Positions 53,625 through 64,000 of a stretch of DNA of 64,000 nt are shown here, piece by piece. Position 1 is the first letter of the stretch; each line of letters opens with the position of its first letter. The DNA comes from Octopus sinensis. Lineage: Eukaryota. The notes below the pieces were generated by a model. That model did not search any database. It was not told the DNA's origin and worked only from the letters and a program-made list of their open reading frames with translations. The stretch spans positions 6,882,001-6,946,000 of the forward strand of contig NC_043010.1 in assembly GCF_006345805.1 (NCBI RefSeq), given 5' to 3'. The position numbers and the translations under genes were made by a program.

Positions 53625-54029
53625 CAGGAGTGGCTGTGTGGTAAGTAGCTTGCTAACCAACCACATGGTTCTGGGTTCAGTCCCACTGCATGGCACCTTG
53701 GGCAAGTGTCTTCTGCTATAGCCTCGGGCTGACCAATGCCTTGTGAGTGGATTTGGTAGACGGAAACTGAAAGAACCCTGTCGTATATATATATATGTAT
53801 GTGTGTGTGTTTGTGTGTGTGTGTTTGTCCCCCTAGCATTGCTTGACAACCGATGCTGGTGTGTTTATGTCCCTGTCACTTAGCGGTTCGGCAAAAGAGA
53901 CCGATAGAATAAGTACTGGGCTTACAAAGAATAAATACCGGCGTCGATTTGCTCGACTAAAGGCGGTGCTCCAGCATGGCTGCAGTCAAATGACTGAAAC
54001 AAGTAAAAGAGTAAAAAAGAGTAAAGAGT
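53625..54029 (+). mobile_element. SINE family A, full length (preceded by an older remnant at 53440-53612)
   Basis: A box, B box, body and AGTAAAAG tail. Confidence 0.92.
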
Positions 54030-54518
54030 ATCCCCATATATTAATGATTCAGCAACAAAAAATAAACAAAACAAAGACTAATAACATAAGTATTAGAATC
54101 GATTTGATTCACTTGAAAAGAAGAAAAAAAACCATGAATGAAACAAATATAAAGGTAGTCACTTCAAAAATGCATTTCCAATATAAACTCTCAAAATACA
54201 AAAATTAGATAAAAAATCTAAGAAGCATGAACAAGTGTTATTGTTGTTTAACACTGGGCCTGTCCTAAATGAGTAGATATTTGATCACATGCCTCCACCC
54301 TCTGATCATCCCTTAGTTTATCAAGATTACCTTTTAGGTTTTTAAAAAAATTTTTTTTATTTTATTCAGGCAGTAAAGTGTAATGTGAAAGATATTTGTC
54401 TGGTATTACTTGCTGATCAAATAAGGTCTGGGAAAATTTTGTGTAGAAAACAGTTAAGTAACATGATACTGAAACAGAGCAATAAACAATTTAATAATTT
54501 TAATAATAATAATAAAAA

Positions 54519-54912
54519 CATTGTGTACAGTGCTCAGGTGCACTACAACTCATCTAAAGTGTATATATAATCAGGTGTAGTTTCGGCGGATTTCGGAAAG
54601 CATGAGGGCCTTAAAGGATGCAGTGTCATGGCAGTCAACAACTGACGCAGGCAGTTTATTCCATGCTTCAGCAACTCTGAACGTGAAAAAATGTTTCCGA
54701 AAGTCATGGGAGCTGTGTTGTTTTCTGACTTTGTAGGCATGTCCACATGTGTTGGACACATGGAGATCAAAAAGGTGTTCAGTGTTGTTGTTGGTGAGGT
54801 GGTTGATAACTTTGTGGGTGTTTACCAAGTCCGTCGCCAGACGCCGGAGCTTCAGTGAATCCATGCCCAGGGAAATAAGGCGCTCAGAATATGGTAGGTG
54901 TCTGATGGAGGG
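54519..54912 (-). mobile_element. CR1 LINE 3' fragment
   Basis: ORF 54571..54864 MDSLKLRRLATDLVNTHKVIN...WNKLPASVV plus the 3' UTR; same family as the 48.7 and 59.2 kb copies. Confidence 0.9.
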
Positions 54913-55179
54913 TATTTAGTAAGTGAATTTCAAACACTGCTTCGAAAAATTAATTATCTGGCATTAATTTAAATAACAGTATATAATAGAAATAGCACCA
55001 AAAAGTTCCAGTATGTAGAAATAATGCATTAATAGTACATCAGCATCATTTTATATTTTCTTTTCAAGATGATGAGTGTTGGAGGGGTTCATATTTGTTT
55101 GAGTCAATTCTTATTCAGTTACAGACCTTCTATATGGATCAGGCGAGTATGTCTCACTCATACAATGGTATAGCTTAAA

Positions 55180-55412
55180 GGCGGGGAGCTGGCAGAAACG
55201 TTAGCACGCTGGCCGAAATGCTTAGCGGTATTTCGTCTGCGTTACGTTGTGAGTTCAAATTCCGCCGAGGTCGACTTTGCCTTTCATCCTTTCGGGGTCG
55301 ATAAATTAAGTACCAGTTACGCACTGGGTTCGATGTAATCGACTTAATACCTATGTCTGTCCTTGTTTGTCCCTTCTTTGTTTAGCCCCTTGTGGGTAAT
55401 AAAGAAATAGGT
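55180..55412 (+). mobile_element. tRNA-derived SINE (family D) with a Meta/Sauria-like central domain
   Basis: A box CTGGCAGAAACG, B box GAGTTCAAATTC, central gactttgcctttcatcctttcggggtcgataaattaagtacc; second copy at 63258-63470. Confidence 0.85.
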
Positions 55413-55775
55413 ATAGCTTTTGTGGCTGGAAACTCAACATAACACCAACTGAATGTGCTGGGTACATTTTATCAAGATATCCATTTCAAACCAAAGACAC
55501 TATTCTTCTACAACTATCATTGAATCTGCTCTTGTATATTAATGGATAAAATCATATTATTATCTCAATAGCTATGTGAACTCTGTATTACAGTCATCAA
55601 AATATATTTGCATTTGCATAATTTTCAATAAACCCAGATATGGCTGTGTTGTCAAGAAGCTTTCTTCATAGCCATGGTTTTTGGATTCAGTCTCACTGTA
55701 CAGCAAATATTTCTTACCATGGCCTTAGGCTGATCAATGCCTTGTGGCTGAGTTTGGGAAATGGAAACGCAAGCA

Positions 55776-56281
55776 TGCAAGCATGCAAGCACGCACGTAC
55801 GTACGTACGTACGTATGCATGTATGTATGTATGTATGTATGTATGTATGTATGCGTGTATGTATGTATGTATGTATGTATGTATGTATGTACGTACGCAT
55901 GTATGTATGTATGCATGCATGCATGCACGTACGTACGCATGTATGTATGTATGCATGCATGCACGTATGTACGTACGCATGTATGTATGTATGCATGCAC
56001 GCACGTATGTACGTATGTATGTATGTATGCACGCACGTATGTACATATGTATGTATGTATGCATGTATGCACGCACGTATGTACGTATCTATGTATGTAT
56101 GCATGTATGCATGTACGTACGTACGTATGTATGTATGTATGTATGTATGCATGCATGCACGTACGTATGCATGTATGTATGTATATATGTATGTATGTAT
56201 GTATGTATGCATGTATGTATGTATGTATGCATGCATGCATGCATGCACGTACATACGTACGTATGCATGTATATATGTATG

Positions 56282-56315
<34 letters not shown>

Positions 56316-56331
56316 TGCATGTATGTATGTA
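55776..56331. repeat. In-register tetramer mosaic (TATG/CATG/TACG/CACG) following a SINE 5' half (55639-55775)
   Basis: Direct reading; near-continuous purine/pyrimidine alternation. Confidence 0.93.
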
Positions 56332-56984
56332 TTGTTTAGATGACAAGAATTTTGAAATTTTGAGAGTGTTTTTAAATATTAGGAAAAAATACTTTGGATG
56401 GAAAAAGTCAAATTTTTCTTTGGGATTTCATGGTAAGAACAAAGCTTCTAAAATAGATGGAAGAATTCAAAGGATTGATTTGGTCCAATGGTTGAACATC
56501 TATCATGTTTAAATTCCAAAGGCAAGTCTTAGCTTTTTCCATCCTGAGTTCTTTTTAGTCCAATATTTAAAAATATTATTATTTATAACTTTATCTACTT
56601 CAAGTTCCACTTTTAAACGTATTATATGTGTGTTGTGTGTGTGTGTTTGTGTGTATTCATGTGTGTGCATGTGTGTATGTGTGCATGCACAAATATCTAT
56701 AACTTTTATATTTCCTGTGTTGACATTGCAAGTTGTCAGTCTTTGCTCAAAATAGGCAAAGGCTAGCTAAAAGAGAAACCATCCAGCTGAAAAATCCTAA
56801 CTCAGTATCATTTCCCATCCAAATCATGATAGCATAAAAAAAAATGAATTTTAATTAAATGAGTGTTCAAATATTCTACAGTATAATAATCAGATGCCAA
56901 AAATGGTTTAGGAAATTGCACTATTATTTCCTTGTTCTGAAATTGAAATCTTTACTATATTTAGAACTTCAAAAACTACTTAGG

Positions 56985-57320
56985 GGGTACCTTGGGCAAG
57001 TGTCCTCTACTATAAACCCAGGCCAACCAAAGAGCAGATTTGGTAGCTGGAAACTAAAAGAAGCCTGCCATATAAATATTTGTGTGTGTGTGTGTTTGTG
57101 TGTTTGTGTTTGTGTTTGTACCCCACTACTGCTTGACAACTGGTGTTGGTGTGTTTTTGGCCTGTAACTTAGCAGTTCAGCAAAATAAACTGATAGAATA
57201 AGTACTTAGCCAAAATAAATAAATAAATTCTGGTTCATTTTACTAATAATTCTTCAAGGTGGTGCTCCAGTATGGCCATACTCTAATGATTGAAACAAGT
57301 AAAAGATAAAGGATAAAAGA
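56985..57320 (+). mobile_element. Old family-A-related SINE lacking its head
   Basis: ccttgggcaagtgtcctctactata...ggtgctccagtatggcc...gaaacaagtaaaagataaagg. Confidence 0.75.
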
Positions 57321-57857
57321 TTCTAGAAGTTATTGAACTAATTTGGTTAAGTTAGGGTTAGAATCAATCAAGGACTCTGAACAAATTATCAATTTTAAAA
57401 ACCCCTCTAAAAAATTCATACTTTGGTTATTCATCTCATTCTCCTTTCCCTATTGAAAACTGGTAAGAATTCATTTTGATCTCGTATATTTGGGGCAAAC
57501 TAAATTTTGGAAGGAGTCATTCAGTTCCAGCCTTTTAAATACTGGAAGGATTGAATTCAGCCCTACAATCTGAAAAACTGTTAAGTTGCTTTCAGAAGTA
57601 GAGGCGGCAAGTAGGGGAAATGTGAATCATTTTCCCCCTTTTTAATGCATAGGAGATTTTTAGTAAAGCAGGCTTATGAATTCCTCATAGAAACTTGAAG
57701 GATTTATTGTGATAGCAATGCAATGGTATGTGATTGCAACACTGAATGAATAATGGGTTTTGAAAGACATGAAATATGACTTAAGCAAACAGTTGCAAAC
57801 CATTAATGACTTAGAGACAATGCTACTCAGAACACAATGAATGGCGAGAATTTAGAG

Positions 57858-57984
57858 TATATATGTGTGTATGTATGTATATATATATGCATGTATATAT
57901 ATATGTATATATGTATGTACATATATGTATATATATACTATTTATAATGTAATATTTATATATATAACATAATATATAAATATG

Positions 57985-58033
<49 letters not shown>

Positions 58034-58150
58034 ATATATGTATATATATGTATGTATGTATATCATGATATATATATATATATATATATATATACATTTA
58101 TACATACATAACATAATATATAAATATGTATATTTTTATATATATATCTT

Positions 58151-58234
<84 letters not shown>

Positions 58235-58305
58235 CATACATACATACATGCATACATACATACATACACATATATATATACGTACACACACACACACACA
58301 TACAT
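57858..58305. repeat. (TA)n/(CATA)n microsatellite field
   Basis: Direct reading of the sequence. Confidence 0.93.
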
Positions 58306-58621
58306 ATGTGAATACATATTTGAATGCGTGTGCATGAGCAAATGTTTATAAGAAGCTTAAATTAGATAACAACGACGTGCAAAACCTTGGAAATGTTGGT
58401 TCTCACAGAAGAAGAAGATACTGTACAAAATGCAAAAATTGCATGAGGAGAAGTGCTAAGTTGATTTCTTTAACTAACTTATGTCAAGAGGGAAACCCGA
58501 GATGTAAAATGAAAATATTGTGAATGAAATTGATAAAAAGATAAAAGAGAATGAATGACAGTCACAACAGAAACATTATTATATATCATTACTGATTTAT
58601 TATTTCAGCATTAGAGACATA

Positions 58622-59137
58622 TCTATATACATAAAACTGTAGTTGTGTGAGTGTCTGTCCCCTTCGATTTAGATTCCTAACTACTCCCACATTTTGCGGT
58701 GCAGTTTAACCAAATTCGGGTATCTTATAGACGTGATTCATATCGAGCCCGTCTGAGTATTAGCGCGCGTCTACGATGAGTCTACGATTTTAAAAATAAT
58801 TTAACAGCATTTTTTATTCCATTTTAATGCATAATTTTTCGTGTGTCGATGGCGGCGGAGTTGGCGTCCACACTCACATCTGCACCTGTGTTTGCTTCTC
58901 CCCCTTTCTTTCCTCCCTCGTGAAGCTGTGGGGAAGGGAGTGTAAGGAAATCAACGTTGTAAAGCGTTGTCAAGGAGACCAGCGTTCTTTTAGAACAACG
59001 ACTTCATGGCTTGAAGACACCAAAACAGAAATGGCTAAGAAAGCTCGAATTGGCATCTATAAGGGAAGTAACTCTCTAAAAATGCTTATATAGTTATTTC
59101 CCTTACAAACCCGAGCAACGCCGGGTGATACTGCTAG
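58622..59137 (+). mobile_element. Non-autonomous Helitron (516 bp)
   Basis: Inserted between A (58621) and T (59138); starts TCTATATACATAAAA and ends CTAG, with GC-rich hairpin CCCGAGCAACGCCGGG 8 nt upstream. Confidence 0.88.
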
Positions 59138-59223
59138 TTGTGTATAGAATAATATCCTACTTCAATGTCTTTTAATAGAATAGACAGTTCTGATGTAAGG
59201 AAACATTTATACGCACACTCATA

Positions 59224-59766
59224 CCTATCTTGCTCAGAACATTGACCTCCTGGAATCTGTTCAGAGACGTGCAACCAAACGCATGCCCTCCATCAGACAC
59301 CTACCATACTCTGAGCGCCTTGTTTCCCTGGGCATGGATTCACTGAAGCTCCGACGTCTGGCGACGGACTTGGTAAACACCCACAAAGTTATCAACCACC
59401 TCACCAACAACAACACTGAACACCTTTTTGATCTCCATGTGTCGAACACATGTGGACATGCCTTCAAAGTCAGAAAACAGCACAGCTCCCATGACTTTCG
59501 GAAACATTTTTTCACGCTCAGAGTTGCTGAAGCATAGAACAAACTGCCTGCATCAGTTGTTGACTGCGATGAAACTACATCCTTTAAGGCCCTCATGCTT
59601 TCCAAAATCTGCCGAAACTACACCTGATTGTCCCCCTTCCATACTCATACACATATGTGTATGTCATGACTCATGCACTGTTCTTTCCCTGACGCTTGTA
59701 CATTACCCTATGTACTATACATACACTTTAGATGAGTTGTAGTGCACCTGAGCACTGTACACAATG
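59224..59766 (+). mobile_element. CR1 LINE 3' fragment (long 3' UTR form)
   Basis: YLAQNIDLLESVQRRATKRMPSIRHLPYSERLVSLGMDSLKLRR...; canonical CR1 ORF2 end. Confidence 0.92.
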
Positions 59767-60349
59767 TTTTATTATTATTTTATACACACACACATTCTCA
59801 ATTATTACAAATAATTATAATCAAGCTAACAAGCAAGGCCACTATGTAGTCGTTTGATTTTTGAGAAATACCAACCAAATCTCCCTCCAGCCACGATTTA
59901 GTATTTCAGAAAAAAAAAAAGAAAATTGGAAAAACACATTGGATAATAATGGTCTGAAATTTTGACACAAGGCCAGCAATTTTAATGGAAGAGACAAATT
60001 GATTGCATTGACCTCTGTGTTAAACTGGTATTTATTTTATCAACCCCAAATGGATAAAAGGTGAAGTTGCCCTAAGCAGAATTTGAACTCAGAATGTAAT
60101 GAGTCAGGCAAAATAGTCCAAAGCTTGTTTTCTTATTTCTTTGCTGGCCACAAGGGGCCAAAGCTTCTTTTCTAGTGATCTAACAATTGTGCTAGCTTGT
60201 TGCTTTGCAGTATTTAATGATATTCCTAGATGTCCCGTGTCCAAATAAGAGATGGAACGGCTATGACTGGAAAGAATGGTCAATTTGAACAGGATTGATC
60301 TTGAAGTTAAACAAAATGGCTAACAACAATGACAACAACAGCAACAAAT

Positions 60350-60560
60350 GGAGGTGCAATTGCCCAGTGGTTAGGGCAGCAGACTCATGGTTGTAAGAAC
60401 GCGGTTTCAATTCCCAGACTGGGCATTGTGAGTGTTTATTGAGCAAAAACACCTAAGCTCCACGAGGTTCCGGCAGGGGGTGGTGGTGAACCCCACTGTA
60501 CTCTTTTGCCCCAACTGTCTCTCACTCTCTCTTCCTACTTCTGCCACAAAGCAGAGGAAC
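60350..60560 (+). mobile_element. tRNA-derived SINE, third family
   Basis: A-box-like TTGCCCAGTGG and B-box-like GGTTTCAATTCC at tRNA spacing, followed by ttgagcaaaaacacctaagctc. Confidence 0.6.
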
Positions 60561-60824
60561 CATGGTGTAACCCACTATGATGTGGTAAACTTTCAGACCC
60601 TAGTCTAGATTGCGAATCCTCTGTACCCCAGGATGGTTCAGCTCTCCACCCGTTAAAAGCCACCATTTATGGAATGAGGATAACAACGTAACTTTCGTGC
60701 CCGTGCAACTGCCAGTCTATCGTGTGTGGTGGGTGGATCTTCAAGTGCCACACGCATTCTTAGTTGCTTAGAATAGGCTCGAATTAGAGATTATTCTTTG
60801 TGGCTAATGGCATGAGTCCTGATT

Positions 60825-61811
60825 GGAAGAAGAAGAAGGAGAAGAAGAAGAAGAAGAAGAAGAAGAAGAGGGGGAAGAAGAAGAAGGGGAAGAAGAAGAA
60901 GAAGAAGAAGAGGGGGAAGAAGAAGAAGAAGAGGGGAAGAAGAAGAAGAAGAAGAAGAAGAAGAAGAAGAAGAAGAGAAGAAAAAAAGAAGAAGAAGAAG
61001 AAGAGAAGAAGAGAATGGAAGAAGAAGGGGAAGAAGAAGGGGAAGAAGAAGGGGAAGAAGAAGGGGAAGAAGAAGAAGAAGAAAAAGAAGAAGAAGAAGC
61101 AGAAGAAAAAGAAATAAAAGAAGAAGAAAAGAAGAAGAAAAGAAGAAGAAAAGAAGAAGAAGAAGAAGGGGAAGAAGAAGGGAAAGAAGAAGGGAAAGAA
61201 GAAGGGAAAGAAGAAGGGGAAGAAGAAGGGGAAGAAGAAGGGGAAGAAGAAGGGGAAGAAGAAGGGAAAGAAGAAGGGAAAGAAGAAGGGGAAGAAGAAG
61301 AAAAAGAAATAAAAGAAGAAGAAAAGAAGAAGAAAAGAAGAAGGGGAAGAAGAAGGGAAAGAAGAAGGGAAAGAAGAAGGGAAAGAAGAAGGGGAAGAAG
61401 AAGGGGAAGAAGAAGGGAAAGAAGAAGGGAAAGAAGAAGGGAAAGAAGAAGGGGAAGAAGAAGGGGAAGAAGAAGGGGAAGAAGAAGGGGAAGAAGAAGG
61501 GAAAGAAGAAGGGAAAGAAGAAGGGGAAGAAGAAGAAAAAGAAATAAAAGAAGAAGAAAAGAAGAAGAAAAGAAGAAGGGGAAGAAGAAGGGAAAGAAGA
61601 AGGGAAAGAAGAAGGGAAAGAAGAAGGGAAAGAAGAAGGGGAAGAAGAAGGGGAAGAAGAAGAAGAAGAAGAAGGGGAAGAAGAAGAAGAAGAAGGGGAA
61701 GAAGAAAAGAAGAAGAAGAAAAAGAAGAAGAAGAAGAAAAGAAGAAGAAGAAGAAGAAGAAGAAGAAGAAGAAGAAGAAGAAGAAGAAGAAAAAGAAGAA
61801 GAAGAAGAAGA
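60825..61811 (+). repeat. About 990-bp polypurine (GAA)n/(GAAGAAGGG[G/A]AA)n array with higher-order blocks
   Basis: Almost exclusively G/A on the + strand; the block gaaaaagaaataaaagaagaagaaaagaagaagaaaag recurs three times. Confidence 0.95.
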
Positions 61812-62261
61812 CGACAACAACAACTGATAATTCCAAGTCACAGCATTTATGGCACCAGTTCCAAATATCCATATTTTATCTATGTTAGTGTTGTTAAACA
61901 CCGTTCAAGAAAACAGTGTTAATTTCAATGAAGGAAAGCAAAATATTTTACACACAATAGACATGCTAATGACCATTTCTACATAATAAATGATCATTAT
62001 TAATATTCATGATGCACAGTTGTTTTAAACTGTGGAAGTATTTGTAAGTTGCCAATAACAGAGAATATTGAGTGATGAAGATATTTGAACAGAATTGCTA
62101 ATGTGAGCTTGAATGATGAAGAGTAACAACTATATGACATTAAAGAAACTAATACATTATTGGCATGAAGAATTCATGGAATCTTTGTAGTAAACACATT
62201 ATTTCAGAGAACTAAGTACAGAAATATTGAAAATAAATAAATAAATAAATAAAATAAAATA

Positions 62262-62920
62262 GGCGCAGGAGTGGCTGTGTGGTAAGTGGCTTGCTAACCA
62301 ACCACATGGTTCCGGGTTCAGTCCCACTGCGTGGCATCTTGGGCAAGTGTCTTCTGCTATAGCTCCGGGCCGACCAATGCCTTGTGAGTGGATTTGGTAG
62401 ACGGAAACTGAAAGAAGCCTGTCGTATAAATGTTTATATATATATATATATATGTAAAATTAATTAAGGGTAGAAATTGATATTAGTCAATTAAAACCAG
62501 TGGTCTAGCATATTAAAAAGAATCCGAAGATTAAAATATTTATATATACCAATTAAGGTCTGAACACGAAAAGTGGACAGTCAACATGCTAGATATAGAC
62601 GTCAAATCGCCATTCTCCACAAAGAGAATGGCGATTTGACGTCTATATCTAGCATGTTGACTGTCCACTTTTCGTGTTCAGTCCTTAATTGGTATATATA
62701 TATATGTATGTGTGTGTTTGTGTGTCTGTGTTTGTCCCCCTAGCATTACTTGACAACCGATGCTGGTGTGTTTACGTCCCCGTTATTTAGTGGTTCGGCA
62801 AAAGAGACCGGTAGAGTAAGTACTGGGCTTACAAAGAATATGTCCCGGGGTCGATTTGCTCGACTGAAGGCGGTGCTCCAGCATGGCCGCAGTCAAATGA
62901 CTGAAACAAGTAAAAGAGTA
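62262..62920 (+). mobile_element. SINE family A with a hairpin cassette inserted in its internal microsatellite
   Basis: Head 62262-62425 and 3' half 62700-62920 are separated by about 240 bp of foreign sequence. Confidence 0.92.
62541..62700. repeat. Near-perfect palindrome (77-bp arms, 1 mismatch, 6-nt loop)
   Basis: tatatataccaattaaggtctgaacacg...cgccattctc-cacaaa-gagaatggcg...cgtgttcagtccttaattggtatatata. Confidence 0.95.
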
Positions 62921-63201
62921 AATAAATAAATAAATAAATAAGTAAAATAAAATATTGAAAAGAAAAAAATAAATGACTAAACAGTCTATTAGTCAACTGG
63001 TAGATTAATTTGTCAGTCTCTGTGCAGGTTTGGCTGTATGTTTAAGAAGTTTACTTGCTGATCACATGGTCTCAGGTTCAGTCCCATTGCATTCCACCTC
63101 GGGCAGGGATCTTATACTATTGCCCTGCTCTGAGCCAACCAAAGCGTTGTGAATGAATTTGGTTGAAGGAAACTGAAAAAGGCCCATCAGATATGTTTAT
63201 A

Positions 63202-63240
<39 letters not shown>

Positions 63241-63257
63241 GTTTATGCTTATGTGTA

Positions 63258-63470
63258 TATATTTCTTTACTGTCCACAAGGGGCTAAACACAGAAGGGAC
63301 AAACAAGGACAGACAAAGGAATTAAGTCGATTACATCGACCCCAGCGCAAAACTGGTACTTAATTTATCGACCCCGAAAGGATTAAAGGCAAAGTCGACC
63401 TCGGCGGAATTTGAACTCAGAATGTAACGGCAGACGAAATATGGCTACGCATTTCTGCCAGCTCACCGCC
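63258..63470 (-). mobile_element. SINE family D copy (follows an old family-A 5' half at 63022-63255)
   Basis: Reverse complement of 55180-55412 with a deletion in the head. Confidence 0.85.
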
Positions 63471-63479
63471 ATGTGTATA

Positions 63480-63707
63480 CCATAAATCCTTGAGTATAAT
63501 CTGCATTTTTTTCCCAAAATTTAAAGGTCAAAATCCCTAGTGCGCACTATATACGAGGTTAAAAATGTAAATTATTTTCTAAGCAATGTCCTAGTCTCTA
63601 TTTGCTGTCCGGCAATGTTTATTCAGACGCATTTTGTGATGTCGAGCACGAAAATAACTTAAGCTGTGTATTATGCTCAAGGGCGGACTTTACTCGAGGA
63701 TTTACGG
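63480..63707. mobile_element. Tc1/mariner-pogo-type MITE
   Basis: TA on both sides; TIRs CCATAAATCCTTGAGTATAATCTGC and (reverse complement) CCGTAAATCCTCGAGTAAAGTCCGC. Confidence 0.82.
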
Positions 63708-63714
63708 TATATGT

Positions 63715-63975
63715 GTTTATGTTTTGTGTCTCGTTGTCTTGACATCTCATGTTTGTCATAAATGAGTGTCACTGTCATACAAGTGGTGTCGTTCATTTTC
63801 AATACTGTGCAAAAACTTGTTTGTCCATGGTAAAATATTAAAACCATTTGGAAGCAACTGAAGGTTGGCAATAGAAAAGGGCAACTGGTTGTAGAAAATT
63901 CTACCCCAATAAATTCCATCTGACCCATGCAGGCAAGGTAAAAAACAGATGATAAATGGTGGTGATGGTGGTGGT
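63715..63975 (+). mobile_element. Old RTE-tail-like short element related to 10490-10830
   Basis: Shared gtctc.ttgtcttgaca...tgtcatacaag...catgg.taaaat segments and a degenerate GAT/GGT tail. Confidence 0.55.
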
Positions 63976-64000
63976 AGTTTTGGTAGTGGTGGTAGTGGAG

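Noticed and set aside
60784-61901. 330-365-aa E/K/R-rich or F/S/L-rich ORFs
   Set aside because: Translations of the GAA polypurine tract; no evidence of a real protein.

Overview
AT-rich, microsatellite-saturated animal genomic DNA, almost certainly octopus (inferred from the cephalopod-type protocadherin and the repeat landscape). There is one clear protein-coding gene: a 6-EC protocadherin on the minus strand whose ectodomain, TM and proximal tail lie in one 2.4-kb exon (22435->20030) that ends at a strong phase-0 splice donor. The rest is mostly mobile DNA: about 15 copies or fragments of a tRNA-derived SINE with an internal microsatellite, a Meta-domain-type SINE, (GAT)n-tailed RTE-type elements, CR1 and RTE LINE fragments, three Tc1/mariner relics, a decayed Penelope-like element (RT + GIY-YIG) with a nested RTE piece, a non-autonomous Helitron and two MITEs. 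Most other ORFs in the track are microsatellite read-through. The most interesting signal is a set of unrelated 150-350-bp cassettes embedded in (TA)n/(CA)n tracts that carry minimal type-I hammerhead-ribozyme motifs (4.1, 12.7, 43.9, 52.1 kb) and/or long near-perfect hairpins (3.4, 4.1, 10.2, 62.5 kb), suggesting a microsatellite-targeting Penelope/retrozyme-like system. Also notable are a SINE flanked by a 78-bp duplication inside a mariner and an RTE C-terminus with three zinc fingers. The 49.5-52 kb segment looks like low-quality assembly. All alignments and translations were done by eye; no database searches were run.
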